Shown one piece after another: positions 52,426 to 64,000 of a DNA stretch of 64,000 nt; positions within the stretch are counted from its first letter, which is position 1, and every line of letters begins with the position of its first letter. The notes beneath the pieces were generated by a model that was not told where the DNA came from, did no database searches, and saw nothing but the letters and a program-made list of their open reading frames with translations. Location: assembly GCF_000143415.4 (NCBI RefSeq), contig NW_003314272.1, positions 1,682,374 to 1,746,373 on the forward strand. Reading direction: 5' to 3'. The position numbers and the translations under genes are program-made. This DNA comes from Selaginella moellendorffii (Eukaryota; Plantae; Lycopodiophyta).

Positions 52426-53099
52426 TGTAGCGCACCTTATCTCTCTCCCCTTAAGCCAACTGGAAAAGGGGCAATTGCTTGATGAGAGAACCCTTAATGG
52501 CTATTTTATCCCCATTTATCTCCCAAGGTTCCAAGGATCCACGGTGACAGTATATCCAAATCTCATCCCATGATCACATGCGCTACACTCACCCCCCCTT
52601 CAGAGATGTCAATGTCCTCATTGACTATTAACTAACAACCCCTACTGAGCCAAGGGGAACCAGCACCTCCATTTCCGCACTCAATCTACCAATCCTTCCA
52701 TTGTGTAGACCAGCTATTCCATGTGAGGCAACTAGTCATCCACCCGTACCGCAGTCCCACGGTGGATACCTTCGTCCGTGGATACTCCACACAAGAGGAA
52801 GGATGTACACATGGATGCCCAATACATACAATTTCAAATTTAGGGGTAGGAATATACCTTGTTCAAGGGTATATTATACTTTTAAGTAGCCACTAATCAA
52901 TGGGAATCGAACCCGTGCCATTTTCTCTGATACCAACTGTAGCGCACCTTATCTCTCTCCCCTTAAGCCAACTGGAAAAGAGGCAATTGCTTGATGAGAG
53001 AGCCCTTAGTGGCTATTTTACCCCCATTTATCTCCCAAGGTTCCAAGGATCCACGGTGACAGTATATCCAAATCTCATCCCATGATCACATGTGCTACA
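52426..53099 (-). mobile_element. TRIM (674 bp): 162-bp LTRs 52426-52587 and 52938-53099, TSD GAGAC
   Basis: TGTAGC...GCTACA direct repeats, minus-strand PBS TGGTATCAGAG and PPT AAGGGGGGGTGAG, a 350-bp non-coding interior, and GAGAC flanks. Confidence 0.95.
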
Positions 53100-56000
53100 G
53101 AGACGGAAAAGAGAGTCATCGAGGATGGAGGATCAAATACGTAAATCATTTTTCTCTTCTTGGAAAGATGATTTGCAACGAAGTGTTAACTCATTGCTTG
53201 TGTTCACATCATGCAATCAAAAGTTTCTATCCTGATGCATGTTGGAGATGGTGGTCTTACAATGGTAAGTTGTAGGATGGATAGCGGTGAAGTGCTATAC
53301 CATTTTGTTTAGGCTTGCTATTGGAAGATTTGGGTTGCAATGCTCAATTCTTTTCCGGGGAACCTTGTTATTGCTCCTTGAGTAGCTTGGTGTTGGATTA
53401 GTGTTGAGTTTGGTCAGAAAGAGAGTGGCATGAGTTTGTCCGTGTTGTGAACAAAAGTTAGTGGTGTTAGGTGTTGTAAATCTCTATTTGATGGGGTGTG
53501 GCATTTATGTTGCATTTTGTCGAATCGAGTTGGCACTTGATATTCACATAAACCTTTGCAGTAGTGACATGAGCATTGCTCATAGTGTTGCTTGATTGAT
53601 GATCAAGTCATTGTGATTTATATCATATCCATGTGATAATGAGCAATGTGTTTACGAAGTTGCTTGGGTAAATCATGATCAACCCCAAAGTCGTTGATGG
53701 TGAAGCTAGTCTACTTGCACAAAGTAACATTGTAGTAGCTTTGACTAGATTCTCAATGGTGGTCCATTATGCTAAGCTTAAGTTGGTACTTTGTTTCCTT
53801 AAGTTTGCCCACTAAAGTGTTGGAAAAGGGTTATAGCATTCATTTGTTATAGCTCATCGGTTGATCCATTAGCACTTGGAGTAGATTATTGGATGGAGAA
53901 GGTGTGTAGTTTGGGCATTGACATCACTAACACTTGTGTTAGTGGAAGTGGCATTGTTATTTCAAGTGATGAAGAATTTTCCTTGGACCTTGATTTTTCA
54001 TGTCATTTTTCTTGTTAGTGTTTTGGCTTTACATTGGATCTTGAAGGTGATTGAAGAAGAGTGTTAGTGCAATGTGGATATCCGAAGATGTGATCTTCGT
54101 GATCAAGCCTTGGATGTTCATTTTGCACTTTGCGGATGTCAGTGTTGGATATTGGTTAGATGGGCAAAGATGTTTGATGCTTAAGCATATTATGGGTCAT
54201 GAGAATTTGTGTTGAGGTGAACCTATGTGAAGTTGTTAGTAGGAGGAAGTTGGTTGAGTCTTGAAAGTTTGCATTCCTAGACTGAGAGTCATTCTTTCTC
54301 TAGGATGGAAAATTTTCCACAAATTTTCTTAGATTTTTCCAATGGCTGATCTGTTGGTCACTTTGCTCGAAAACCATTCCGTTTTCATAAGCCAGTATAA
54401 ACTAGTGAAGAGGTTGGAGTTGACTTTGGTTGGCTTGAACCTTAGTAAATAGTTTGTATGATGCGGCCTGAAAGGGATGCTGACTTTTGGGGCTAAGGCA
54501 ATTGAGTTGGATAGAGTCTAGAGTTGGTGTAGAAAAGTGGTTGTTGCACTTTTCTAAGAAGGATGACCCTTGTGCCTTTCTTTTATAGCATTATGCTCAG
54601 TGGCAGATTGCACCTTGCATTTTGTTAAGACTCTATGAGAGTAGTAAGCTCTAACTGATCTTGACTTAGTCTTGGTGGCCCTGTGCCTTGGCTAAGGATG
54701 GTGATGTCCAACTTAGTTGTTTGCAAGTTGAAATGTCGGTCCCCGTATTATAGCTTTGTCTATGAGGAGGTTGTGTACCAGTATGAGTCCATCTCATGGT
54801 CTTCACTTTAGTTTCGACTGAGTGTTGATCATACATAGCTAGCCTCTTCAAGGCATGCTCAGAGCTATTGGCTAAATGTTTTAGTGAGCTTATTGCGGTT
54901 GAGTTGGATTTGAGTGGTCATTTAGTTTGTGTTTGTCAATAAACTTTTATCTCGTACCTGGGGTATTATGTTCATGTTGGACAAGTATATAACTTGATGA
55001 CAAGAGTTAGTGTTCGGGTCTTGTGAAGGCAAGTTGAAGGGTGATTGTTAGTTGCTTTGCGACTAATGATTACTTGTAGACTTTGTCAAAAAGACTGTTG
55101 ATACTTGCTTTGCTCGATGATGATTTAGCTGTGATGGGCTTGCTTTACTAAATGGTGTTGCGAAGGATCGTGTCGGTAGACTTACATGAGTTTTTTATGT
55201 TGGCATGTCGACTCTACCTCTGTTGATATCATTTGGTTACATTTAGTCCGTAGTGTTAGATTTCATTGAGTCTTGGACGTGGTGAATCACTCCTTGATGA
55301 AGTGTTATCTGTAATTGAGTTTTGTTGGAGGATTTGTCTCGGATACTGACTAAAGTATCTTCGACTTTGGTTAGCTTGGTTGCTAGAGAGTTTTGAGTGG
55401 TGATTCACTCATGCTTTCTTCTAGCTTTGTTTTGGTGTTGATGGCATTAAAGTGATGCTTTGTCATTGACATTGTTGATATTGAGATCTGAGTGAAATGA
55501 GATATCCTTCCAAGGATTGATATTGAGTTTCATTAGTCTTGATGAATATAGAGTTGATGATTTGGCTATAGCTTTGTGTTGTTGGCATTTGTGCATTTGC
55601 TAGTTAGCAACTGTGTTGACGTTCAAACAAACTGAGTGGCAAGTTGAGTTAGTTGTGTTCTAGACGAGATTATTTTGTAGAGGGTTGAGCTTTAGCTTTT
55701 CCTTGAAAAATGATTTAGTCGTGAATTATGCTAACTTCACGAGAGGAAGAATTAGTGTTCGATATTAAATAATTTGAGTCCCTATTAGATTTGAGTTGAA
55801 CTATATCGATCATTGATGATTCCCCTTGTGCTTGTTACGATGTGAGTTACGTTTTGCTATAGATGGATTTATAGAGGATCGATTAGATGATCACTTGTTG
55901 AGCATAACTTCGTTATGCTTGGCTTTTGGATTGATGCAGACATGCTCTTCATTAGCTTTCGCATTATGAAGTTTAGCTTATGGATGTATTGAAGGGGATA

Positions 56001-56534
56001 TTGTGGTTCTACCATGATTTCTTCTTTAGCATTGAAGTTAGTTCGTGCGAGATTTGTGATCATTGTTAGGCAAGACTTAGCTATAGGCTTCTTCAAACTT
56101 TTGATCCTTTGAGTTTATTATACTCATTGTTCCATTTGTTAGAAGTTGTTGGGGGGAAGGCATTTTTGGCTCTTTAGCTTCGATGTACAGGTTAGTATTT
56201 TCATTTAGCAATCATTGGTGATGATTGACTATCATCTAGGATAATTGATTATCCTTGTACGAGGTTTTGCTTGATTATCATTGATCTAGATTGATTTGTT
56301 ATTCTTCGGGATGATGGATTCCTTCTAAGACGATAATTCTGCATATCTCTTATTGATGGGATGATTAATGATCTTCCATGATGGTTAGTTGTTCTCTTTG
56401 ATAGCTTATGGCTTTTTGCAATACCACAAGTTGTTTGTGGTTTGCTCTGGATTGGTCTCTTAGGTTTGAGACGTCAGTAGGATGTTGCTGACACTTGCTT
56501 AGCCAACTTGAGTTCCTTGGTATTGTTGGCTGGG

Positions 56535-58427
56535 TGTAAGCGACTAATTTTTCCATTCTACTTTAGTCACTTAACCACACCTCCGACCACTTGGAGGAGT
56601 CTCATTCACAACCTCCATAAGCCCAACTCAGGACTTGGGGCTTGCTAGCCCCGAGAATGGCATCCATGCCACTCAACCGTAGCACTTGGTCCACGTGTCC
56701 GATCCCATGATCGACACCCCAAGGTACCACCGACATATCGACCCGTTACACTAAGGCCATGCCCATTTACCTCGGTCACACTGGTGGTCCAACACCGCCT
56801 ACATTCCAATCCCGTCTCTCAAAGACTGGGTCATCCATCCATGAGTGATCATCCCAGATCCACTCCTTAACATCCTTAGGATGCCTACAGACATGGGGAA
56901 TAGCCATCCCCAATATCTCTATTCCGGTCCCCACCAAGTCCCTTTCTGTCCTTGGCTGTGTTCGCCAACACTGCCACTGGATCGAGGCCCACCGGCCCGA
57001 CCACTAAGTCCCACTATCCTCTAGGACTTCCTCACTGTGTGACTGTGTCCTTGGTCACTACCCCTCTTCCTTTCCACAGTCTAGGCCTTTGGGACAACAT
57101 TTCGGAACACCGTGGCCTTACGCGAGCCACCTGGGTACTCTCCTCGCCTTCTGCCCTTGGGTGCTCTAGCCATGGGCTTAGAGCAGGTTCCGTTGAGCCA
57201 CACCAGGTATCCAAGTAGGTAGTGCCACCCACACTTGGACTGGGAGCATCGGCCAGTCGATCTCCCGGGGGAACTAGAGCCGGCTCTTGAACACTTCACC
57301 AAGCTACCCCGCTTGTCGGTCCGTGTTCACTCTAGTCTTGGACTTCTCAGTGGGCAGCTCATCACCCAACACTGGGTCCGGCCTTCCTGGGCCAAACTGG
57401 CCTTTCCTGGCCAAATTGGCTCCACTGCAGTCCTCCCCCTACTATACTTTTGGAGCTCACCAAACCCCCCAGGGTCTGGGAGACGAATGCTTTGGGCTTT
57501 CACCCTCTCAGGCTCTGGACTCGGACTCGGACTCGGACTCGGACTCGGACTCGGACTCGGACTCGGATTCGGACTCGGACTCGGCCTCGGGCTCGGTCTC
57601 GGCCTCGGCCTCAGTCTCGGTCTCGGTCCCGATCTCGGTCTCGGTCTCGGTCTCGGTCCCGGTCTCGGTCCTGGTCTCGGTCTCGACTTCGGACTCCATC
57701 TCGGACTCCATCTCGGACTCCATCTCGGACTCCATCTCGGGTCCATCTCGGGTCCATCTCGGACTCCATCTCGGACTCCATCTCGGGTCCATCTCGGACT
57801 CCATCTCGGACTCCATCTCGGGTCCACCTTGGACTCCATCTCGGGTCCACCTCGGACTCCATCTCGGACTCCATCTCGGACTCCATCTCGGGTCCATCTC
57901 GGGTCCACCTCGGACTCCATCTCGGACTCCATCTCGGACTCCATCTCGGGTCCATCTCGGGTCCATCTCGGACTCCATCTCGGACTCCATCTCAGGTCCA
58001 TCTCGGACTCCATCTCAGGTCCATCTCGGACTCCATCTCGGACTCCATTTCGGGTCCATCTCGGGTCCACCTCGGACTCCATCTCGGGTCCACCTCGGAC
58101 TCCATCTCGGACTCCATCTCGGACTCCATCTCGGGTCCATCTCGGGTCCACCTCGGACTCCATCTCGGACTCCATCTCGGACTCCATCTCGGGTCCATCT
58201 CGGACTCCACTTCGGACTCCAACTCGGGTCCCTTTTTGGAGCCTCGCCTTTTGCTCGCTTTGTGCTCGTTCCTCGAGCACTTCGTTGGGAGTTCCACTCC
58301 CGCTCTTGACTTTTCAAGTCGGAGCTTTTGGTCCAAACGTGTTACGCTCGTTTGGCTCTCGCTTCGGCCACTACCATGTGGCGCCCTTTCGGCTCCACTT
58401 TGGGGCCTAGGGATTTTGTGTCTCACA
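56535..58427 (-). mobile_element. Solo LTR of family B, TSD CTGGG
   Basis: Complete B LTR with no PBS or PPT, flanked by CTGGG on both sides. Confidence 0.93.
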
Positions 58428-59121
58428 CTGGGATCTATTCAGATTGGCTTTTGTGATAGTTGGCAGGAATGAGTGTTTGTTGGTCTTACCACATTCATTT
58501 TGTTCTGTTGATTATTGCTCGAGTTAGTTCTCATAGATTAGTATGTTATTTCCTTCGGGTGATACATTTGTGAGCATTGTGCTTGTTAGTCAATGATACT
58601 TTGTGTTCTTTGAGTTGTGTTTTGTGAGTTGTTTGGCATGCTATCTGCCATTTTTGGTAGTTCAGTTTTATCATTGAGTTTCCTTGATGATCTACTTGCT
58701 ATTGAATTTTGTTGGATGGTGATTCCTATGTTTACCAATTATAATGATCTTGGTGGTTCCTATACTGTAATACTAGTTTATCAGATGATAACTTACTTGG
58801 AATACTTTTGTGTTCTAATCTAAGCTTTATTCACTGATAATTAAATCTCTAAAATATCATTGTTTATGACTTTGATATAGTCCCTATATCTTGATCTTTG
58901 AGTTTGGGCCAGTATAGGCAGACTGGCTTCGGCACTTCGTGTGCATGTTGAAATCTCTAGTCATGGGGTAGCTACTGTCGACTGGTCACATCACCCGCCT
59001 CTCTGTCGATGTTCCTTATTTTGTTGAAAGGGCGTGACCGTGTAAACAACTCTCACTGCCTGTTTACAGTAGTCTATCTAAACCTTACCGACGGGTTTGG
59101 TTTCTTTGCTCAGGAGGGTTG

Positions 59122-61486
59122 TGTGAGACACAAAATCCCTAGGCCCCAAAGTAGAGCTGGAGGGGCGCCACGTGGTAATGGCCGAAGCGAAAGCCAAACG
59201 AGCGTAACACATTTGGACTAAAAGCTCCACCTTGAAAGGTGGAGAGCGGGAGTGGAACCCCTAACAAAGTGCTTGAGGAATGAGCACGAAGCGAGCCATA
59301 AGCAAGGCTCCAAAAAGGGGACCCAAAAAGGACTAACACATGACACGTGAAAGTGTCCGAGATGGAGCTGAGATGGAGCCCGAGATGGAGTCTGAGGTGG
59401 ACCGAGACGGAGTCCGAGATGGAGTCCGAGATGGAGTCCGAGAAGGACCCCGAGATGGAGTCCGAGGTGGACCCGAGATGGACCCGAAATGGAGTCCGAG
59501 ATAGAGTCCGAGATGTAGTCCGAGATGGACCCGAGATGGAGTTCGAGATGGAGTCCGAGATGTAGTCCGAGATGGACCCGAGATGGAGTCCGAGATGGAG
59601 TCCGAGAAGGACCCGAGATGGAGTCCGAGATGGAGTCCGAGATGGACCCGAGATGGACCCGAAATGGAGTCCGAGATAGAGTCCGAGATGTAGTCCGAGA
59701 TGGACCCGAGATGGAGTTCGAGATGGAGTCCGAGATGTAGTCCGAGATGGACCCGAGATGGAGTCCGAGATGGAGTCCGAGAAGGACCCGAGATGGAGTC
59801 CGAGATGGAGTCCGAGATGGACCCGACATGGACCCGAGATGGAGTCCGAGATGGAGTCCGAGATGGACCCGAGATGGAGTCCGAAGTCGAGACCGGGACC
59901 AAGACCGAGACCGGGACCGAGACCGAGACCGAGATCGGGACCGAGACCGAGACTGAGGCCGAGGCCGAGTTCGAGTCCGAGTCCGAATCTGAGTCCGAGT
60001 CCGAGTCCGAGTCCGAGTCCGAGTCCGAGTCCGAGTTCGAGCCTGAGAGGGTGAAAGCCCAAAGCGTTCGTCTCCCAGACCCTAGGGGGTTTGGTGAGCT
60101 CCAAAAGTATAGTAGGGGGAGGACTGCAGTGGAGCCAGTTTGGCCAGGAAAGGCCAGTTTGGCCCAGGAAAGGCCAGTTTGGCCCAGGAAGGCCGGACCC
60201 AGTGTTGGGTGATGGGTTACCCACTGGGAAGTCCAAGACTAGAGTGAACACGGACCGACAAGCGGGGTAGCTTGGTGAAGTGTTCAAGAGCCGGCTCTAG
60301 TTCCCCCGGGAGATCGACTGGCCGATGCTCCCAGTCCAAGTGTGGGTGGCACTACCTACTTGGATACCAGGCGTGGCTCAACGGAACCTCGCTCTAAGCC
60401 CATGGCTAGAGCACCTAAAGGCGGAAGGCGGGGAGAGTACTCATGTGGCTTGCGTAAGGCCACGGTGTTTCGAAATGTTGTCCCAAAGGCCCAGACTGTG
60501 GAAAGGAAGAGGAGCAGTCCTCTAGGGTAGTGACCAAGGACACAATCGTGCGGTGAGGAAGTCCCAGAGGACCGTGGGACTTAGTGGTCGGGCCTGTGGG
60601 CCTCGATCCAGTGGCAGTGTCGGCAAACACGGCCAGGGGCAGAAAGGGACTTAGTGGGGACTGACAGAGGGATATTGGGGAAGGCTATTCCCCTTGTCGG
60701 TGGGCATCCTAAAGATGCTAAGGAGTGGATCTGAGATGACCACTCACGGATGGTTTGCCTAGTCTTGGAGAGCCAAGACTGTGATGTGAAAACTCCTGGA
60801 TTCTCTAGACTGGGAGGAAAACGTCCACACGAGATCTTCCTAGGAGATTCAAATCTAATCTAGTCCCTAAATCTAAAACTACACTACAAAATGAATGCAC
60901 TTACCTGCTTGTGCCAAACCAAGTGGAGACTGTGAACACGTGCTTGAAGGTGCTAGTCCCACGCCTTTGATCCCTTGAAGGCGGTGGGTAAGTAAGACAT
61001 TGCTGTGAATAGCCAAAGAGATAGGCAGAATGACGATGTATTGCAATGTATTTTGTATTAGGGATCAGTCTAAATACATTCTAAGTCCTACTTTTATAGT
61101 CGCTACTGCTCACGTCAAGGTTAGGAATACAGTCCTAACCTTGAACCTCTCAAGTTTACTTTCCTAAGCTTGAATCCTCGAGCTTGTCTTTTTCTCCCTT
61201 TTCCATGATGCAAGTGGTATTGGAATACCAGTGTGGCAAAGGTGATTGGGCATGGCCTTAGCGTAACAGGCTGCCATGTCGGTGGTACCTTTGAGTGTCG
61301 GTCATGGGATCGGACACGTGGAGCACTTGGACCAAGTGCAAATGTTGAGTGGCATGGATGCCATTCTCGGGGCTAGCAAGTCCTGAGTCCTGAATTGGAC
61401 TTATGGAGGTTGTGATTGAGACTCCTCCAAGTGGTCGGAGGTGTGGTTAAGTGACTAAAGTAGAATGGAAAAATTAGTCGCTTACA
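59122..61486 (+). mobile_element. Solo LTR of family B, TSD GGTTG, interrupted by a family D solo LTR
   Basis: Complete B LTR flanked by GGTTG at 59117-59121 and 61487-61491. Confidence 0.93.
60787..61205. mobile_element. 419-bp solo LTR of an unrelated family (D), TSD TGATG
   Basis: TGAAAA...TTTTCCA insertion absent from other B LTRs, flanked by duplicated TGATG, with a TATAAAA on the minus strand. Confidence 0.85.
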
Positions 61487-62138
61487 GGTTGGGGCCTCTG
61501 GCTTCTCTCTCTATGTCCCTGCGGGTAGGGCGTATCACACTTTTGTAGCTGGGTGACACCCAGAGCAGCAAGGGTGGCTAACTCTGTTGGTCATTTTCTT
61601 GTCAGCGACGGCCGGAAAGTGTCTGAGCTGGTAGCGCATCCGCGTTAGACAAAGAGGTTGCCCTCTAACTCATTTAAGTTGGTGCATTTCTCACATAGTG
61701 TGAGTACCATGAACTTTTTATGGAGTTGTTTCCTTGGCGGTATTCTAGACTGGAGTATGCATCGACGAGGACGTCGATCTTCCCAAGGGGGGGAGAGTGT
61801 CGCGAATGTGACTTTGGGTATCGAAAGTTACCTGTCGGCCAGTCCTTACGGACACTCTTACCTTACTGCCACGACGGCAGGAGGTCGGTATTGCTGGACC
61901 TGTTATTAGTCTCTGCCTAAGCTAGTTGAGAAATTGGTCCTCGCATGTGCACTTGACCAGATGGGCATAAGGACGGAATTCCTAAGTGCTATTAGTCAAG
62001 CATACTTGACCTGGTTAGAGAAACTCATTTGTTGACTTGCACTTGCTAATGTTGGGAACCCCCGCAATATTGAGCTTGGTCCCTCAATATTCGCTAGATG
62101 ATAGCTTACCGTGTCTGCCAAACACCCTCGCTATCATG

Positions 62139-64000
62139 TGTAAGCCACAAATTTTTCCTTTCCAATTTGCCAGCTTACCTCGTCTATCCATCCAACACTG
62201 CCTTGGCTTTTGCTAAGTTCCCTTGCCAAGGTTTTCGTCTATGGTACCAGCTCCTACTTGGTTTCAGCTACTCACTGCACGAGCAACGGAGTGTTAGCCA
62301 TCCTTCCACAGATTCCCAAATCACTCTCAATCCCCCTCCCTGGGTTAGACTGGACTTAAGGTTCGGCTACACTCCCTGCAAGCACAAGTAGCCAAGCACA
62401 CCAAGCTTCCAGGTTCCTAACATCCCTTGGTACCACAAGACTTGATCATGGGACCCTCTAAATCCCAAGTCTTGAGTGCAACACTTGCTTCGGGACGCCG
62501 GGGCGAAACACCGTGGCCTAGCGGCCCGGTATGGGTACCTCTTGCCCCCCACTTCCATCCCGAAGGAAGGCCCAAGCCCCTAGGAAGGGCGAGGACCAAT
62601 GAGCCGCATGGTACTCAAGTGGGGCACCACTCCACATGAGCCGGGAGCACCGCAATCGGTTTCCCTTTCGGGAGTGGGAGCTGCTCTTGAGCACTTCCTT
62701 GGATGGCCCCTCCGGCACCAGCCAAGTCCATGCTCACTCCCACCCAAGGCCCCTCGGTCCCAGTCCCAACCTCAAGTCGGTTTGGAAGCCCAACTGGAGA
62801 GTCCCTTCAAAACTGGTTCCTGGACCTCACTATCCCTACTATACTTTTGGAACCCCCTGCAGCCCCCCCCCCCCTGGGAGACGCACGCTTTGGGCTTTCA
62901 CCCCTTGACCTGTATTAGTATTTGGACTTAGTCTCTGGCTCGATCTCGGACCCGATTTCGGATCCGACTTCGGATTCGGGTTTGGACTCGATCACGGACT
63001 CGATCTCGGACCCGATCTCGGACCCAACCTCGGACTCGACCTCGGACTCGGTCTCGGACCCGATTTCGGATCTCGGACTCCGTCTCGAACTCGGTCTCGA
63101 ACTCGGACTCGAACTCGGTCCCCGAATCGGTCTCAGACTCGATTCCGGACTCTATCTCGAACTCGGTCCTAGAGTCGGTCTTGGACTCGATCCTCGACTT
63201 GGTCCCATCCGATAAACTCTTTGTCATTTCGGTCAAGCTTTTGGGGATCCTTTAGCCTACGACATCTCGGGGAGTCGGTTCCTTACAACTCCACCACCCA
63301 TAGAAGAGGTTCGATGCCCACATCGAACGTCTCGCTTTATCCTACGACTTGTTGACCATGTCTCCGGGGGCATCCCCCCACTTAGCGGTGTGCCTAAGTT
63401 AGCCTCCCCGGCCAAGAGCCCATGACAACGGAATATAGGTGTCCCTATACTCCTCACCTCACCACGCCCTAGTATGGGGTCGGGACTTGAACCCAGCCTT
63501 GCTTTACTAGGGGGTTGGGACTCAAACCCAACCTCCGTAGAATATGTCTACGGATTCGACATCCCCGCGGGGAGTCGGGCGTAGTGCCCTACGCCTGGTC
63601 GACCTATCCAACCCATGCTAATTAGCTTACCTTTGGCGCGCCTTCGGGTCCCAACATATTGCACTTGCTCAACTTTGCAAATTGATATTTTTAATTGAAT
63701 TTTGCATAAGTACATAGAGTTCTGCCTTGCAGAAATTCCTCCACTAGTTCTCGAGCGTTCGCTAGGTTCTCCTCCGGTTCCCATGTTGCTTCACAGTGTG
63801 GAAATCCTTTCCACTTCACATGGAACTCTCTCACCTCACGTCCTTGTCGCTTGCTCTTGCGCGCATTGAGGATGGCCTCGACTTCGTATTCCTCTTCCCC
63901 TTGGATAACCTCAGGTAAAGGTCTTACTTGGTCCTTGCGAAGCGGATCCTCAAAGTACGGCTTGAGTAAGTTCACGTGGAACACTGGGTGCATCTTCCCC
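62139..64000 (-). mobile_element. A2: third chromovirus copy (3' LTR 62139-63287, PPT, 3' UTR, integrase C-terminus/chromodomain 63691-64000), truncated by the window edge
   Basis: LTR and UTR are homologous to A1; ORF reads HPVFHVNLLKPY...YEVEAIL...VKWKGFPHCEATWEPEENL. Confidence 0.95.

Larger units (their letters stand above)
42955..62138 (+). mobile_element. C: large LTR element without recognisable gag/pol; 5' LTR 42955-44101, 3' LTR starts 61798 and is split by A2 at 62138
   Basis: TGTCGCGAATG...GCTACA LTR, PBS TTTGGTATCAGAG at 44102, PPT AAGGGGGGGAGAG before 61798, and 61798-62138 matches 42955-43295. Confidence 0.9.

Noticed and set aside
52470-52500. TTGATGAG in TRIM LTRs and GTGATGAG in B LTRs as hammerhead (retrozyme) cores
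   Set aside because: No CUGAUGA...GAAA core with supporting stems could be built.

Overview
This is eukaryotic land-plant DNA. Very short introns (about 50-100 nt), tight gene packing and the gene set point to a lycophyte such as Selaginella (inference). Bases 1-19.1 kb hold intron-containing genes: VAMP71, DUF1338/HglS, an ABCG26-like transporter, a mitochondrial carrier, tRNA-Leu(AAG), and two signal-peptide-bearing methylesterases plus a decayed fragment of a third. Bases 22-64 kb are one nested LTR-retrotransposon cluster, resolved here using target-site duplications (TSDs). An old chromovirus (A0) hosts a younger copy of itself (A1), a non-coding LARD-like element (B1) and a large non-coding element (C). 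C in turn hosts B2, a TRIM, two solo B LTRs (one carrying a solo LTR of another family) and a third chromovirus copy (A2). The most notable signal is that the chromovirus integrase is interrupted by two short GT-AG spliceosomal-type introns, found at identical positions in two diverged copies; removing them restores canonical integrase motifs. The autonomous and non-coding families also share a covarying multi-hairpin 3'-UTR module with two tRNA T-loops, a hairpin just before the polypurine tract (PPT), and an LTR promoter block.
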